33,374 nucleotides of DNA from Polaromonas sp. (lineage in GTDB: Bacteria; Pseudomonadota; Gammaproteobacteria; Burkholderiales; Burkholderiaceae_C), in contig JANOLL010000451.1 in assembly GCA_031419775.1 (NCBI GenBank), positions 1-33,374 on the forward strand, read 5' to 3'. The position numbers were made by a program, and so were the translations under genes. The notes beneath the pieces were generated by a model, which worked only from the letters and a program-made list of their open reading frames with translations, was not told the DNA's origin and searched no databases. The number at the start of each line of letters is the position of its first letter. The first letter of the stretch is position 1. Below are positions 30,185 to 33,374 of the stretch, in pieces.

Positions 30185-31501
30185 CTACTGAGCCGACGTC
30201 GAGTAAGAGGGTTCCAGAGCGGGCTCACTGGAATCCCAGACAGGCGTGGCGACGAAAGCACGCCAGTCGGTGGTTTTGGGCACGATGGCCTGAAACGCGC
30301 AAATGGTGGACGGAATACGTGACTCACCCGTACCAATGGCTTGTCCATCCCGCTGAAAGGTACGCACCGCTTCCAGCATCTGCCTGCGAAACTCGACGAT
30401 CGCCAGATCGCTGGCACCCAGACGTTCGTGCGTCCGATCAGCAATCGGGCCCATCGTCAGCCACATGGCGATATCTTGGTTGGGAAAGCCGGTAATGCCG
30501 GTGTAATTACCGGCCTTCATGGCGGCGCGATCCTGCCAAAAATGGTTGTCGCGGTTGCGCAGCGGCCTGTATCGTTCATCCAGGTCTATACCGATTTGCT
30601 GGCCCAGAAACTTTCTCCAAGTAGCCGTTTCGGGCGTCTGTGAGCGATGACCCCAGGCAATGAAATAGAACGCCGTGTGGGTATCGTCCATGGGGACGTT
30701 GATATTCGCCACGTTGTACAAATTGTTAGGTGGAATCAAGGCCGTCGCCGGTGCAACGAAAACGGTGGAGCGCACATATTCATTCGCCGCCGCGTTGACG
30801 ATGGGACGGCGCAGGGCAGCGTAGCGAAAGCCATAGGTGCCGCGTTCAACCTGCATGCGGGGTGCCTTGTCGGTTGAAGGGCGCAACCACGCGGTGTCCG
30901 TGGCCTTGGCGGTGTCCACCCGTGCCGGCACCATGTCCGACGAGTGCAGGCTGGAACTGTGAGCAGAATCAATCGCACCTTCCAGAATCTGCGCCCAATT
31001 GCACGCGATGATGACTTTTGCAATCGTTACTTGGGTCTCAGGCGTTGGCGCCCACGCCGGCGGCTCGAACTCGGGTTGAGTGTCCGGCGGACCCATATAG
31101 GCCCAGACGAACCCGCCCCATTCTTTGGTGGGATAGGCAAGATGTTTGACTTTTTGGGCCATGCCGCTTGCAGCTGGCTCAGACACCATTTCCAGCACGT
31201 TCCCGTTGACGTCCATTTTCCAGCCGTGGTAAAGGCAGCGCAGACCGCAGTTCTCATTGCGTCCAAAAACCAGCGATACCCGGCGGTGCGGACAGTACTC
31301 GTCCATCACGCCAACCTGACCGTTGGTGTCACGAAAAACCACCAGATCTTCCCCAAACAACTGCGCTTTAATGGGCGTGCCGTCGGCCTCGCTGACTTCC
31401 TCAATCAGGCAAACCGGCGTCCAGTGACGGCGCATCAACTGCCCCATGGGCGCCTGCCCTTCTACGCGGCACAGCAAATCGTTTTCCTCGTAGGTCAGCA
31501 T
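30185..31501 (-). CDS. ophA2: Phthalate 4,5-dioxygenase, Rieske oxygenase subunit
   Basis: MLTYEENDLLCRVEGQAPMGQLMRRHW, Rieske CPHRR...CLYHGW, EGAIDSAHSSSLH, GFPNQDIAMW. Confidence 0.92.
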   Translation of the reverse strand: MLTYEENDLLCRVEGQAPMGQLMRRHWTPVCLIEEVSEADGTPIKAQLFGEDLVVFRDTNGQVGVMDEYCPHRRVSLVFGRNENCGLRCLYHGWKMDVNGNVLEMVSEPAASGMAQKVKHLAYPTKEWGGFVWAYMGPPDTQPEFEPPAWAPTPETQVTIAKVIIACNWAQILEGAIDSAHSSSLHSSDMVPARVDTAKATDTAWLRPSTDKAPRMQVERGTYGFRYAALRRPIVNAAANEYVRSTVFVAPATALIPPNNLYNVANINVPMDDTHTAFYFIAWGHRSQTPETATWRKFLGQQIGIDLDERYRPLRNRDNHFWQDRAAMKAGNYTGITGFPNQDIAMWLTMGPIADRTHERLGASDLAIVEFRRQMLEAVRTFQRDGQAIGTGESRIPSTICAFQAIVPKTTDWRAFVATPVWDSSEPALEPSYSTSAQ

Positions 31502-31561
31502 GGGAAATAGCCCTCACAACAAATGCCAATAAAACAGTTGCCAACTTCTTGCGAATCTGGC

Positions 31562-31591
31562 TTGACGGCAATAATCTTAGGAGACTAAGAT
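31562..31591 (+). promoter_or_regulatory. Putative sigma70 promoter for ophA1-ophB: TTGACG-N18-TAAGAT
   Basis: -35 at 31562-31567 and -10 at 31586-31591. Confidence 0.55.
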
Positions 31592-31595
31592 TATT
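31570..31595. promoter_or_regulatory. Operator palindrome AATAATCTTAG-GAGA-CTAAGATTATT
   Basis: Perfect 11-bp inverted repeat in the ophA2/ophA1 divergent intergenic region. Confidence 0.85.
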
Positions 31596-31616
31596 TGAGC
31601 CAGTTTTAATTGTCAA
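31588..31616 (-). promoter_or_regulatory. Putative sigma70 promoter for the ophA2 operon: TTGACA-N17-TAATCT
   Basis: Consensus -35 at 31616-31611 and -10 at 31593-31588. Confidence 0.65.
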
Positions 31617-31636
31617 CAGCGAGGATGGAGGCCATG

Positions 31637-32635
31637 ATGAGCGTTAACCCTGACATTGCTTCCAGCATGGGCGCGGAGCCCATCGAGCCGGATTTTTTTA
31701 GCCTGCTGGTTGCCCGTAAAAATAGGGTGGCTGACAACGTTTACCAGTTTGAGTTGCGTCGCCCAGATGGCGGCGCTTTGCCGGCTTTTACGGCGGGTTC
31801 GCATCTGACGGTTCAAACACCCAGCGGCGTTCGGCGTAACTATTCGATTTGCAGCGACCCCGCCGATACAGAGATGTACCAAATTGCCGTAAAACGCGAC
31901 GCCAACGGGCGCGGTGGCTCAGTCAGTATGGCCGACGATGTCCGGGCCGGCCAACTTCTGGCAGTCAGTGCACCGCGCAATAACTTTGCTCTGCACCCGC
32001 GCGCAACGCGCTTCCTATTTATTGCAGGCGGCATCGGCATCACACCTATTCTGTCAATGATGCGGCATCTCCAGAGCAGCGGGCAAGACGCGTTTCAGCT
32101 CATTTATTGCACCCGGGACCCTGAAAGCACCGCCTTTCTCGACGACTTAACCGGACCTGCATTCGCCGGTCAGGTCCAGTTGCACCACGACTACGGCGAT
32201 CTGAACAATGCGTTGGATTTCTGGCCGATCCTGGAAACACCGACCGATGCGCATGTGTACTGCTGTGGTCCCCGAGGCTTGATGGATGCTGTCTCGGACA
32301 TGTCGGGTCACTGGCCGTCAGGCTCAGTTCACTTTGAAAGCTTCGGTGTGGATGCCAGCGTCTATGCTGCCAACACGGCATTCACCGTACGGTTGCACCA
32401 AAGCGGCATGAGTATTCCCGTGAGTGCCGAACAGTCCATTCTGGAGGCTTTGCGAGCCAATGGGGTTCATGTGGCAAGCTCCTGCGAGAGCGGCACCTGT
32501 GGGTCGTGTCGCACAGGCTTGCTGTCAGGTAACGCCGAGCACCGCGACATGGTTTTGAGCGATGATGAGAAAACCAGCACCATCATGGTGTGTGTGTCGC
32601 GTGCCAACGCGTCTGAACTGGTCCTGGACTTGTGA
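31637..32635 (+). CDS. ophA1: Phthalate dioxygenase reductase (PDR/VanB family)
   Basis: [38 protein letters not shown]...CVSRA. ATG 31637 follows GGAGG (alternatives 31625, 31634). Confidence 0.92.
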   Translation: MSVNPDIASSMGAEPIEPDFFSLLVARKNRVADNVYQFELRRPDGGALPAFTAGSHLTVQTPSGVRRNYSICSDPADTEMYQIAVKRDANGRGGSVSMADDVRAGQLLAVSAPRNNFALHPRATRFLFIAGGIGITPILSMMRHLQSSGQDAFQLIYCTRDPESTAFLDDLTGPAFAGQVQLHHDYGDLNNALDFWPILETPTDAHVYCCGPRGLMDAVSDMSGHWPSGSVHFESFGVDASVYAANTAFTVRLHQSGMSIPVSAEQSILEALRANGVHVASSCESGTCGSCRTGLLSGNAEHRDMVLSDDEKTSTIMVCVSRANASELVLDL

Positions 32636-33374
32636 GCAAGCCCAAGCTGCGTATTGGCGTGGTGGGGCTGGGTCGGGCTTTTACCTTGATGCTGCCCACC
32701 TTTCAGCAAGATAGCCGAATCGTATTGGCCGGCGCAACCGACCCGATTGAACAGGCTAGAGATCAATTTGAACGGGATTTTGGCGTACCCAGCCATGCCA
32801 GTATCGAAGACTTGTGTGCAGATCCTTCGGTTCAGGCGCTTTACATCGCATCGCCGCACCAGTTTCACGCTGACCACGTGTGCTTGGCGGCCACATTCGG
32901 CAAGCATGTACTGGTAGAAAAGCCGATGGCGCTCACACTGGATGAATGCACCCGCATGATCGAGGCCACGCGTCAGGCAGGGGTTCACCTGATCGTGGGT
33001 CACAGCCATAGTTTCGATGCACCCATCCTGCGTACTCGCGAGATGATAGACAGCGGACTGTATGGCAAGGTGAGGATGATCACAGCTCAAAACTTTACGG
33101 ATTTTTTGTACCGGCCACGACGACCGGAAGAGCTCCAAACCGAAGCCGGTGGCGGTGTGATTCACAGCCAGGCGACGCATCAAATCGATATCGTCCGGCT
33201 ACTGGGCGGCGGGGTGGTCACAAGCGTCAGCGCACACACCGGGCAATGGGACCCTTTGCGTCCCACTGAAGGGGCCTACAGCGCCCTGCTGGCATTCGAG
33301 GGCGGTGCGTTTGCGACGGCAACCTACAGCGGATATGGCCACTACGATTCGGATGTGTGGATGGACAACATTGG
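32632..33374 (+). CDS. ophB: Phthalate cis-4,5-dihydrodiol dehydrogenase, Gfo/Idh/MocA family (runs off the right edge)
   Basis: Absent from the ORF track. GTG 32632 overlaps the ophA1 TGA and gives [24 protein letters not shown]...YIASPHQFH...[10 protein letters not shown]...GHSHSFD...YRPRRPEEL. Confidence 0.88.
   Translation, partial: MSKPKLRIGVVGLGRAFTLMLPTFQQDSRIVLAGATDPIEQARDQFERDFGVPSHASIEDLCADPSVQALYIASPHQFHADHVCLAATFGKHVLVEKPMALTLDECTRMIEATRQAGVHLIVGHSHSFDAPILRTREMIDSGLYGKVRMITAQNFTDFLYRPRRPEELQTEAGGGVIHSQATHQIDIVRLLGGGVVTSVSAHTGQWDPLRPTEGAYSALLAFEGGAFATATYSGYGHYDSDVWMDNI

Larger units (their letters stand above)
16460..33374. other. Accessory aromatic-acid catabolic region (possible genomic island) starting at the tRNA-Gly 3' end
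   Basis: Abrupt switch from housekeeping to catabolic genes and visibly more A/T-ending codons. No integrase or att repeat seen in the window. Confidence 0.5.

Noticed and set aside
30103-30444. Apparent 441-aa Bug fusion protein
   Set aside because: It overlaps ophA2; AGGAG plus TTG at 30102 gives a normal signal peptide.
32467-33183. 238-aa minus-strand ORF
   Set aside because: Antisense to ophA1 and ophB.
1-33374. CRISPR arrays, transposases, integrases, rRNA, riboswitches, defence systems
   Set aside because: No spaced direct repeats or matching protein motifs seen by eye; intergenic gaps are short and mostly explained by promoters or terminators.

Overview
GC-rich betaproteobacterial chromosome segment, probably Comamonadaceae (inferred from gene content and protein style). 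Left half (1-16459) is core genome: partial dnaE, trhO, a LysR-divergent pirin/DoxX/WrbA-like/OsmC/pirin redox operon, a renalase-like flavoprotein, gluQ, trmB, an RluA-family enzyme, a lone egtD, alaS, gabD and tRNA-Gly(CCC). Six bases after the tRNA CCA end, an aromatic-acid catabolic region begins and runs off the window. It has two converging arms. The first is LysR | SnoaL-like, TauD-like dioxygenase, FAH-family protein, Bug receptor, (S)-mandelate-dehydrogenase-like flavoenzyme, then a DUF4399 lipoprotein. The second is a phthalate 4,5-dioxygenase cluster (ophA1/ophB divergent from ophA2-Bug-ophC) extended by EamA, Bug, a ThDP decarboxylase-like enzyme and a PhdK-like aldehyde dehydrogenase. 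The best candidate for an undescribed system is an ortho-carboxy-mandelate route feeding phthalate (2-carboxymandelate -> phthalonate -> 2-carboxybenzaldehyde -> phthalate); this is inference. Other notable signals are an AT-rich, repeat-like in-frame insertion in gluQ, a perfect operator palindrome over two overlapping divergent promoters, and several -10-N6-start (leaderless) signatures. All family calls come from motif recognition by eye; no searches were run.
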